Shown here piece after piece: positions 7,803-15,373 of a stretch of DNA of 47,205 nucleotides. Position 1 is the stretch's first letter. Each line of letters begins with the position of its first letter. Below the pieces are notes generated by a model that saw only the letters and a program-made list of their open reading frames with translations, had not been told where the DNA came from and did no database searches. The stretch covers positions 1-47,205 of the forward strand of contig CAZPYW010000001.1 of NCBI GenBank assembly GCA_964590095.1. Direction: 5' to 3'. The stretch comes from an uncultured Oscillospiraceae bacterium (GTDB taxonomy: Bacteria > Bacillota > Clostridia > Oscillospirales > Oscillospiraceae). The position numbers and the translations under genes were made by a program.

Positions 7803-10544
7803 TTGGCTGAACTGAAGCTGATCTCGCCATTGCTTTCCAATATGGAGGTCGTCAAAAACATCAGCATCCGCGGCGGAACCAGCGTCTATCTGGTTCGCAG
7901 CACGCGCACGCAGCAGACGTACATCCTGAAGCATATTTCCATTCCCGAGTCGCAGAAGCAGGTCGATGCGCTGCTCTACACGGGCGCGGCTGCCTCAAAG
8001 GAGGACGCGCAGAAGTATTATGAGCAGGTCGTCTCCGACTATCAGTCCGAGCTGGAAACACTGGAAAAGCTGTCCAGCAGCCCCAATCTTGACTGCTACC
8101 GCAGCTATCAGATCGCGCCGAAAGAGGACGGTGTCGGCTATGACGTCTATCTGCTGGCCGAGGATCACCGGACGCTGGTCGATTATCTGGCGGAAAACGC
8201 CGTCACACATCTGACGGCGCTGAATCTGGGACTTGACCTGTGCAACGCGCTGATCGATCTGCGCGCAGCAGGGCTGATTCACCGCGATGTCAAGCCCTCC
8301 AACATCTATCTCAGCACACAGGGGCACTTTGTTCTGGGCGATCTTGGCATTGCACAGATCGATGAGCTGAAATACTGCTCAATGCCCGAGCATATGCTCA
8401 GCTCCTACTCTGCGCCCGAGCTGTTTGAGCTGGTTGGCTCAATCGACAAGACCACCGATATTTACTCTGCCGGTCTGATTCTCTACCGGATCTTCAACGC
8501 CAACCACGGCCCGTTTGAGGATGAGACGACCTCTGCGCGCGCAGCAGATAAGCGCCGCGCCACCGGCGAGGCGCTGCCTGCGCCGATGTACGCCGACTAT
8601 GAGATGGCCGAGATCATCCTGAAGGCGTGCGCGTTTGCGCCGGCTGACCGCTATCAGACGCCGGATGAGCTGAAGAATGCGCTGATGGAATACGCGCGGC
8701 GCAATCAGGTTGAGGATACGCTGATCGTGCCGCCCATCGTGGCTGACCCCGAACCGATCGACACAGAGCCGGACGAGGACGAAGCGGTCGAGCCGGTGCA
8801 GTTTGCCGACGCTGAGCAGATCAGTGACGATTTTAAGGAGAGCTTCTCGCCCGACACCGACATGCTCAACTCGATCATTGAGTCTGTCCACCGCGATTTT
8901 GCAAAGGAAGAGCCTCAAAACCCCATTCTCAACTCACTTGAGGACGCTGAGGATGATGCAGACGCGGATGAGGACGATGCGCCCGCACCGACGCGGCAGC
9001 GCACTGCGCGCAGAAAAAAACGCAGCAAAACGCCGCTCATTCTGCTTGCCGTTCTGGCGCTGGTGCTGGCGGCCATTGCGGCGGCCTATTTCCTGTTTAT
9101 CGCGCCCGCTACGATCACGGTCGACGGCATCACCGTGCTTGACCGAACCTCGACCGCCGTTACCGTGCGTGTTGACTCGCCTGAAAAGGACGACGCGTTT
9201 GCCGTTGTCTGTGCCGATGCCTATGGCAGCATCTCGCGGCAGGGCTATGTCAAGGGGAGCGACAACTGCTTTACCGAGCTTGTCCCGGGTACGCAGTATA
9301 CCGTCTCGGTCGAGGCGCTGCATGATGAAAAGATCAACGGCGACGCCTCGGTCAAGGTTACGACCATCTTTGAGACCAATATTCTCAGCTTTACTGCTAC
9401 GCCCGTCTCGGTGACACAGTGTGAGCTGAATCTGACGCTGAACGGCCCCGATCCCGGGCTTTGGACTGTCCGCTATGCGTCCGATGTCTCGCCGGAACAG
9501 ACTGTCTCGTTCTCCGGCCATACAACGACAATTGCGGGCCTGCAGTCCAACACCGAATACACCTTCACACTGGTCGAGCCTGAGGGCACACACCTGACCG
9601 GTGTGACCGAGGCCACGTTCTCGACCGTGCCGTCGGTCGATATCGAGAAGCTGACGGCGGCCGTTTCCAGCTCGTCTGCGCTTTTGTCGTGGACCTACAC
9701 CGGCGATGCGCCGGAATACTGGACAGTCAGCATCAACGGCCCTGACGGCTATACCGATTCACAGATCGTGACCGCGCCCACTGCAACGTTTGAGGGGCTG
9801 ACCTCCGGCGTTGATTATGAGGTCGTGATCTCCGCGCCCACCATGCTGCAGGACGGCAAGGCCGTCATCACGCCCATGGTCACAACGCTGACCTCGTTCA
9901 GCGTCACAGAAAATGACGCACACGACGGCTATCAGGTACAGTGGACGTGTGAAACAGAGCCTGCTGAGGACAACTGGACGCTCCGCTATCAGCTCAAGGG
10001 CGTTCCCTCTGCCGAGCCGGTCGAGGTGACGCTGGAAAGCCCCGATGGCTACACCATTCCCGCCGAGGGACTGGTACCGGATGCAGAGTATGAGGTAAAG
10101 CTGTCGCTGGCAAACGGCGAGGTCATTGAGGGTGTTGACAACGAGCTTACGTTCCACACCGCCGCGGCCGAAAAGTTTAAGCGCTATGGCTTTGATAAGG
10201 TCTATATCGGCATGTATCTGCTCCCCACCGGTGAGGACTGGGGCGTCAGCGACCTGAAAACGGCGCGCAGCAAGTATACCACCGATGAGCAGCTGGCCTT
10301 TGCGCTGGAGAGCACCGTGACGCTGCAGGAGAGCACCGATTCCGTGCAGATGCTGCTGGTTGTCCGCGATGCCGACGGCAAGCTGGTCGATGCATCGGCC
10401 ACCGAGGCTGTCTGGAACGACATGTGGCAGCAGCGACTGACGACCGGCTCGTTCCCGCGGCCGATCACCAGTGCGGGCAGCTATACGCTGGAGGTCTACT
10501 TTGACGGTCTGTTCGTCATTGCGCAGAGCTTTACCGTGGAGTGA
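7803..10544 (+). CDS. Membrane Ser/Thr (Hanks-type) protein kinase with about four fibronectin type III repeats and a C-terminal beta-rich domain
   Basis: 913 aa from TTG 7803 (strong SD AAGGAGGT); ILKHI, HRDVKPSN, GDLG, YSAPE, DIYSAG; acidic linker, basic patch and TM; FN3-like signatures LVPGTQYTV, LQSNTEYTF, LTSGVDYEV, LVPDAEYEV. Confidence 0.88.
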   Translation: MAELKLISPLLSNMEVVKNISIRGGTSVYLVRSTRTQQTYILKHISIPESQKQVDALLYTGAAASKEDAQKYYEQVVSDYQSELETLEKLSSSPNLDCYRSYQIAPKEDGVGYDVYLLAEDHRTLVDYLAENAVTHLTALNLGLDLCNALIDLRAAGLIHRDVKPSNIYLSTQGHFVLGDLGIAQIDELKYCSMPEHMLSSYSAPELFELVGSIDKTTDIYSAGLILYRIFNANHGPFEDETTSARAADKRRATGEALPAPMYADYEMAEIILKACAFAPADRYQTPDELKNALMEYARRNQVEDTLIVPPIVADPEPIDTEPDEDEAVEPVQFADAEQISDDFKESFSPDTDMLNSIIESVHRDFAKEEPQNPILNSLEDAEDDADADEDDAPAPTRQRTARRKKRSKTPLILLAVLALVLAAIAAAYFLFIAPATITVDGITVLDRTSTAVTVRVDSPEKDDAFAVVCADAYGSISRQGYVKGSDNCFTELVPGTQYTVSVEALHDEKINGDASVKVTTIFETNILSFTATPVSVTQCELNLTLNGPDPGLWTVRYASDVSPEQTVSFSGHTTTIAGLQSNTEYTFTLVEPEGTHLTGVTEATFSTVPSVDIEKLTAAVSSSSALLSWTYTGDAPEYWTVSINGPDGYTDSQIVTAPTATFEGLTSGVDYEVVISAPTMLQDGKAVITPMVTTLTSFSVTENDAHDGYQVQWTCETEPAEDNWTLRYQLKGVPSAEPVEVTLESPDGYTIPAEGLVPDAEYEVKLSLANGEVIEGVDNELTFHTAAAEKFKRYGFDKVYIGMYLLPTGEDWGVSDLKTARSKYTTDEQLAFALESTVTLQESTDSVQMLLVVRDADGKLVDASATEAVWNDMWQQRLTTGSFPRPITSAGSYTLEVYFDGLFVIAQSFTVE

Positions 10545-10577
10545 GCGTAAGAACCGATGACGCGCCTGAGCAGGCGG

Positions 10578-10606
10578 TTGTACTGCCGCGCAATTTATGC
10601 TAAGAT
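10578..10606 (+). promoter_or_regulatory. Candidate sigma-A promoter for pepF, giving a leader of about 200 nt
   Basis: TTGTAC-17 nt-TAAGAT with extended TG. Confidence 0.5.
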
Positions 10607-10609
10607 AGC

Positions 10610-10772
10610 CGCAAGCGGGTGCGCAAAGCGCGCCGCCCGCGCCCACAGGGCGCGGCTTTTGCAAAGCAAAACGCTTGCGTAGCTGTTACAGTGATAACCA
10701 AAATCAGCAGGCTGATTTTGGCGCGGCGTTCGCCGCGCGTGCAGCGCTGGGCGCTGCGGTTATGCTGTAATA
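10610..10772. other. Two adjacent four-way-junction palindromic elements (structured RNA leader or ssDNA/REP-like element)
   Basis: Unit 1 10610-10679 and unit 2 10684-10772 each have a closing stem around three short hairpins; pairings read directly from the sequence; function unknown. Confidence 0.6.
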
Positions 10773-10811
10773 GAGCTGTAAGACAAAAGAATACGGAACA
10801 GGAGAGTTACT

Positions 10812-12608
10812 ATGTCGAAGAAAATTCCCGAACGTCATGAAATCGCCATCGAGGATCAGTGGGCGCTTGAGGATCTGTATGCAAGCGATGAGCTGTGGCA
10901 GGCAGATATGAAAAAGCTTGCGGAGTATGGTGATCAGCTTGCGTCGTATGCAGGCCGGATCTCAAACTCTGCCGCTGAGCTGCTGGAATATCTGAAGCTG
11001 AGCGATCAGGTGAGTGAGCTTGGCGATCGTGTCGGCAACTATGCCATCCGCCGCGGCGACCAGGATAAGCGCAATTCGTATTATCAGGGCATGGTCGGCC
11101 AGTTCAGCATGACCTATGTTGCGCTGGGTGAGAAGACCAGCTTTGAAACGCCTGAGCTGCTGTCCATCTCTGATGAGCAGATGGAGGAGTTCTATCGTGC
11201 TGAGCCCGCGCTTGAGCTTTACCGCCGCCATCTGGATAAGACGCGCCGGCGTAAGGCACACATCCTTTCGGCGCAGGAGGAGAAGCTGCTGGCAGGTCTG
11301 GGCGAGGTCTCGCAGACGCCGCAGGATACGTTCTCGATGTTCTCCAACGCGGATATCAAGTTTGAGCCGGCTGTGGATGCAAACGGCGAAAAGCACACCA
11401 TTTCACAGGGTACGTATATTTCCTGTCTGGAGTCTGCTGACCGTGTGCTGCGCAAAAACGCATACGAAAACTATTATGCTGCGTACCAGAATTACCGCAA
11501 CACCTGCGCCGCCTGTCTGAACGGCCAGGTCAAGCAGCTGCAATTCTTTGCAAACGCGCGCAAATACCCGTCCAGTCTGGATGCCTCGCTTGACCGTACC
11601 GAGGTTCCGACCAGCGTGTATCGCAATCTGATCGAGGCTGTTCACCAGAACATGGACAAGATGTACCGCTATGTCCGCCTGCGCAAGAAGCTCCTTGGCG
11701 TGGATGAGCTGCACATGTACGATATGTACACGCCGCTGCTTCCCGATGCGGATATGCACATCGATTTTGCCGATGCAAAGAACACGGTGCTTACGGCACT
11801 TGCGCCCATGGGCGAGGAATACTGCAAAATCCTGAAAGAGGGCTTTGACAGCCGCTGGATCGACGTGTACGAAAATGTGGGCAAGCGTTCGGGCGCGTAT
11901 TCGGCGGGTACGCCGGTTCACCCCTATGTTCTGCTCAACTATACCGGCACGCTTGACAGCCAGTTTACGCTGGCACACGAGATGGGTCATGCGCTGCATT
12001 CCTATCTGTCCAACAAGAATCAGCCGCAGGTCTATTCGGACTATGTCATCTTTGTGGCAGAGGTCGCCTCGACCTGTAATGAAGCGCTCCTGATGGAATA
12101 TCTGCTGGGCAAGACCACGGATAAGAAGCAGCGCGCATATCTCATCAACCACTTCCTGGATCAGTTCAAGAGCACGCTCTATCGCCAGACGATGTTTGCC
12201 GAGTTTGAGCTTCGCATTGCCGAGCTGAACCAGCAGGGGACGACGCTGACGGCCGACGTGCTGTGTGAGGAATACCGCAAGCTCAACACGCTGTACTATG
12301 GCCCCGATGTGGTGCAGGACGATCAGATCGCGCTGGAATGGGCGCGTATCCCGCACTTCTACTACAACTACTACGTCTTCCAGTACGCGACCGGCTACGC
12401 GGCGGCCATTGCGCTTTCGCGCAAGATCCTCTCCGAGGGCAAGCCCGCCGTTGAGCGTTATCTCGGCTTCCTGTCCGGCGGCTGCAGCAAGACGCCAATC
12501 GAGCTGCTCAAGGGCGCGGGCGTGGATATGACCACGGCTGAGCCGGTCAACACGGCGCTGGCGCTGTTTGATCAGCTGCTGGATGAGATGGAGGAGCTGA
12601 TGCAGTAA
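10812..12608 (+). CDS. pepF: Oligoendopeptidase F (peptidase M3B)
   Basis: 598 aa; W.LEDLY, RWIDVYEN.GKRSGAYS, HEMGH zinc motif, IFVAEVAST, WARIPHFY. Confidence 0.95.
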   Translation: MSKKIPERHEIAIEDQWALEDLYASDELWQADMKKLAEYGDQLASYAGRISNSAAELLEYLKLSDQVSELGDRVGNYAIRRGDQDKRNSYYQGMVGQFSMTYVALGEKTSFETPELLSISDEQMEEFYRAEPALELYRRHLDKTRRRKAHILSAQEEKLLAGLGEVSQTPQDTFSMFSNADIKFEPAVDANGEKHTISQGTYISCLESADRVLRKNAYENYYAAYQNYRNTCAACLNGQVKQLQFFANARKYPSSLDASLDRTEVPTSVYRNLIEAVHQNMDKMYRYVRLRKKLLGVDELHMYDMYTPLLPDADMHIDFADAKNTVLTALAPMGEEYCKILKEGFDSRWIDVYENVGKRSGAYSAGTPVHPYVLLNYTGTLDSQFTLAHEMGHALHSYLSNKNQPQVYSDYVIFVAEVASTCNEALLMEYLLGKTTDKKQRAYLINHFLDQFKSTLYRQTMFAEFELRIAELNQQGTTLTADVLCEEYRKLNTLYYGPDVVQDDQIALEWARIPHFYYNYYVFQYATGYAAAIALSRKILSEGKPAVERYLGFLSGGCSKTPIELLKGAGVDMTTAEPVNTALALFDQLLDEMEELMQ

Positions 12609-12880
12609 TGGAGCCGCTGTTCCTGCCTGTTCTGCACAGCTTTGAAAACAACAACGTCTTTACCGGAAGCTTTGGCGCGCTGCGTTTTAAGATCACGCCT
12701 GCCATCACCATGAAAACACCGAAAGAGGTGGACATGGAGGCAAGCACCATGCGGTGTGAATACTGGCATGGCCCGTTCTGCTATGAAAAAAGCGAGATGG
12801 AGGGCGAACAGGTCTTCCCCCTGAGCGAGGAGGGGCGCGAGGCCATGCGCGCGTGGCTCACGGAAAAGATCAACGGATAA
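12608..12880 (+). CDS. Small hypothetical protein translationally coupled to pepF
   Basis: 90 aa; TAATG stop/start overlap, SD GGAG, host-like codon usage, terminator directly after. Confidence 0.75.
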   Translation: MEPLFLPVLHSFENNNVFTGSFGALRFKITPAITMKTPKEVDMEASTMRCEYWHGPFCYEKSEMEGEQVFPLSEEGREAMRAWLTEKING

Positions 12881-12891
12881 CAGAATACCGT

Positions 12892-12928
12892 AAAAAACTG
12901 CCGTTCAGAAAACGAACGGCAGTTTTTT
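12892..12928 (+). terminator. Intrinsic terminator of the pepF operon
   Basis: AAAAAACTGCCGTTC-7 nt-GAACGGCAGTTTTTT. Confidence 0.85.
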
Positions 12929-12939
12929 CTTCCGGACTG

Positions 12940-12974
12940 CAACGAAAGACGGCGATTTGCCGTCTTTTTCGTTG
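12940..12974 (+). terminator. Second tandem terminator-like hairpin
   Basis: AAAGACGGC-GATTT-GCCGTCTTTTT, extendable by CAACG/CGTTG. Confidence 0.6.
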
Positions 12975-13028
12975 AAGGTAGCCAAAAGCGGTCGCCGCGC
13001 ATAGAATGCGAACAGGAGGGAAACTTCT

Positions 13029-13283
13029 ATGTTCGACTATCTTTTCACGTTTCGCTCGCTGACGGCGGCACAAAGAGCAAAGGCGCTGCTGCGCGACGGA
13101 AGCGTTTTTTCTGTACTCGAACGCGCGCCAAAGCGCCTGAGTGGGCAGGGGTGCGGGTATGTGCTGCGCGTTTCATCCGGCGATGGAATGCGTGCGCTTC
13201 GCCTTCTGCGCGCCGGCGGCGCAGGCTTTGGACACCTGTACCGGCTGTTTCAAAACGGACAGCTGGAGGAGGTGCGCGGATGA
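13029..13283 (+). CDS. DUF3343 family small protein (putative Se/S carrier-like)
   Basis: 84 aa; YLFTFRSLTAA.RA...L..APKRLS..GCGY.LR pattern; SD GGAGG; ATGA overlap with the next gene. Confidence 0.75.
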   Translation: MFDYLFTFRSLTAAQRAKALLRDGSVFSVLERAPKRLSGQGCGYVLRVSSGDGMRALRLLRAGGAGFGHLYRLFQNGQLEEVRG

Positions 13284-14392
13284 TCTATCTGGACAGCGCG
13301 GCAACCACGCTGCAAAAGCCGCTTTCTGTTCCGTTTGCTGTGGCGCGCGCCATGCGCACAGCTTCCAGCGTCGGGCGCGGTGGACACGCGCCCGCGATGG
13401 CGGCAGCGGAGCTGGCCTATCGGTGCCGCGAGGCGGCAGCTGCTCTCTTTGACGCGCAGCCTGAGCAGGTCGTTTTCACCATGAACGCGACGCACGGTCT
13501 GAATATCGCCCTGCACTCCCTGCTTGCGGCGGGGGATGAGGTGGTTATATCCGGCTTTGAGCACAACGCGGTCGTTCGGCCGCTGCATGCGCTTGGCGCG
13601 CGCGTCACGGTGGCAGGGCGGCGCGTTTTTGACCCTTCGGATACGATTGCGGCCTTTTCCCGCGCCATCACCCCGCGGACGCGGGCGGTCATCTGCACGC
13701 ATGTGTCAAATGTCTACGGCTATATCCTGCCGGTCGAGGCAATCGCGCGTCTCTGCCGCGAACGCGGCGTACCGCTGATCGTGGATGCGTCGCAGTCTGC
13801 GGGGATTCTGCCGGTGCAGCTGAAAAGCTGGGGCGCGGCGTTTATCGCCATGCCCGGGCACAAGGGGCTCTACGGTCCGCAGGGAACGGGACTGCTCCTC
13901 TGCGCGCATCCGGTGCGGCCGCTGCTCTATGGCGGCAGCGGGAGCCTGTCACAGCTTCCGGATATGCCGGAGGAGCTGCCCGACCGCGCCGAGGCAGGAA
14001 CGCACAATGTCTGCGGCATTGCGGGGCTTCTGGCGGGACTGCGCTTTGTCAGACGGCGCGGCACGGCGTCAATCTTCGCGCACGAATGCGCCCTGCGCCG
14101 CCATCTGGCGGGGCTGTTGGCCAATCTGCCGGATGTTACGGTCTATACTGCCGATGCAGCGCAGAGCGGTGTGCTGTCCTTCACGCTGCGCGGCGCGGAC
14201 TGTGAGGACGTTGCGCGGGTGCTGGATGCGAACGGGATCTGTGTCCGCGCGGGGCTGCACTGTGCGCCTTTGGCGCACGAGAGCGGCGGCACACTGGAAA
14301 GCGGAACGGTGCGCGTCAGCTTTTCGGGATACAACACGCGGCGGCAGACGGAAAGACTGGCAAAATTACTGAAAAAATATCCACAGGGTTAG
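13280..14392 (+). CDS. Aminotransferase class V PLP enzyme, cysteine desulfurase/selenocysteine lyase family
   Basis: 370 aa; MIYLDSAATT, EHNAV, DASQSAG, PGHKGLYGP (PLP Lys), EAGT.N, RAGLHCAP (catalytic Cys). Confidence 0.9.
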   Translation: MIYLDSAATTLQKPLSVPFAVARAMRTASSVGRGGHAPAMAAAELAYRCREAAAALFDAQPEQVVFTMNATHGLNIALHSLLAAGDEVVISGFEHNAVVRPLHALGARVTVAGRRVFDPSDTIAAFSRAITPRTRAVICTHVSNVYGYILPVEAIARLCRERGVPLIVDASQSAGILPVQLKSWGAAFIAMPGHKGLYGPQGTGLLLCAHPVRPLLYGGSGSLSQLPDMPEELPDRAEAGTHNVCGIAGLLAGLRFVRRRGTASIFAHECALRRHLAGLLANLPDVTVYTADAAQSGVLSFTLRGADCEDVARVLDANGICVRAGLHCAPLAHESGGTLESGTVRVSFSGYNTRRQTERLAKLLKKYPQG

Positions 14393-14412
14393 TTTTTTGC
14401 ATTCTCCTGCAC

Positions 14413-14441
14413 TTGCACATCCGCGCTGAATGGAGTATAAT
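14413..14441 (+). promoter_or_regulatory. Sigma-A-like promoter for cdaA and the downstream gene run
   Basis: TTGCAC-17 nt-TATAAT. Confidence 0.7.
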
Positions 14442-14491
14442 TATCAAAACTATCCGTATGTGTGGAAGTATCATTTGCAGGAGAAACACCT

Positions 14492-15373
14492 ATGGCAGCC
14501 ATAAAAAGCTTTTTTCAGGATATGCTCATCAACATCCCGACAATCCGTCTGCTGGATGTGATCGATATTCTGGTTGTTGCGCTTGTAATATATTACGTTA
14601 TGACCCGTATCCAGTCCACCACCGCCTCGCGCGTGGCGCGCAGCATTCTGCTGCTGCTGGTGGTGACGTGGATCACCGATCTGGTGCACATGTACACGAT
14701 CAACTGGATTCTGGAAAAGATTCTGGAGCTCGGGTTCATTGCGCTGGTCATCATGTTCCAGCCCGAGCTTCGCCGCGCGCTTGAGCGCTTCGGCGGCAAG
14801 GCACTGTCCTTTGGAAGCTCTGGCGTAAACCGCAGCATCGAACAGATGGCCATTTCTGCCACCGTCAGCGCGTGTGAGATCATGTCCAAAGAGCGCGTCG
14901 GCGTCCTGCTGGTGTTTGAGCGCAGCACCTCGCTTGAGGAATACTTCAAAACCGGCACGCTGATCGATGCGCGCGTGACCGAGCAGCTGCTGCGCAATCT
15001 GTTTTTTCCCAAGGCCTCGCTGCATGACGGCGCCGTTATCATCCGCGCCGGACGCGTTGCGGCGGCGGGCTGCGTGATGCCGCTTTCAGAAAATACACAC
15101 CTGCCCAGTGAGCTTGGTACGCGCCACCGCGCCGGTATCGGAACCAGTGAGGTTTCCGATGCGGTCGTGGTCATCGTCTCGGAAGAAACCGGCACCATTT
15201 CGGTTGCAACGGGCGGTATGCTCAAGCGCCATCTTGCCCCGCAGACGCTTGAGCGGCTGCTGTGCAATGAGCTGCTGCCCGAGCAGGAGGGCAAAAACCG
15301 CAATTTCCTTACCAGAATGAAAAATTACGTACAGCAGGCAGGCGAGAGGATTTCACGGCATGAAGAAAAGTAA
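14492..15373 (+). CDS. cdaA: Diadenylate cyclase CdaA (DacA)
   Basis: 293 aa; three TM segments, FQPELRRALE, LHDGA, LGTRHRA, VSEETG. Confidence 0.95.
   Translation: MAAIKSFFQDMLINIPTIRLLDVIDILVVALVIYYVMTRIQSTTASRVARSILLLLVVTWITDLVHMYTINWILEKILELGFIALVIMFQPELRRALERFGGKALSFGSSGVNRSIEQMAISATVSACEIMSKERVGVLLVFERSTSLEEYFKTGTLIDARVTEQLLRNLFFPKASLHDGAVIIRAGRVAAAGCVMPLSENTHLPSELGTRHRAGIGTSEVSDAVVVIVSEETGTISVATGGMLKRHLAPQTLERLLCNELLPEQEGKNRNFLTRMKNYVQQAGERISRHEEK

Noticed and set aside
7543-7830. Longer N-termini given by the ORF track for the Big_2 protein (7830) and the kinase (7722)
   Set aside because: They would overlap each other and the promoter region; strong SD sequences support ATG 7542 and TTG 7803
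10637-10660. Simple intrinsic terminator for the FN3 kinase (CCGCGCCC-ACA-GGGCGCGG-CTTTT)
   Set aside because: Possible but insufficient: the T-run is itself one arm of the next hairpin and the whole is enclosed by an 8-bp stem, so it is treated as part of the larger element
10684-10772. tRNA or tRNA-derived cloverleaf (contains GTTCG)
   Set aside because: Loops are 2-4 nt, with no 7-nt anticodon loop, D-loop GG, T-loop or CCA end; only the topology resembles a cloverleaf
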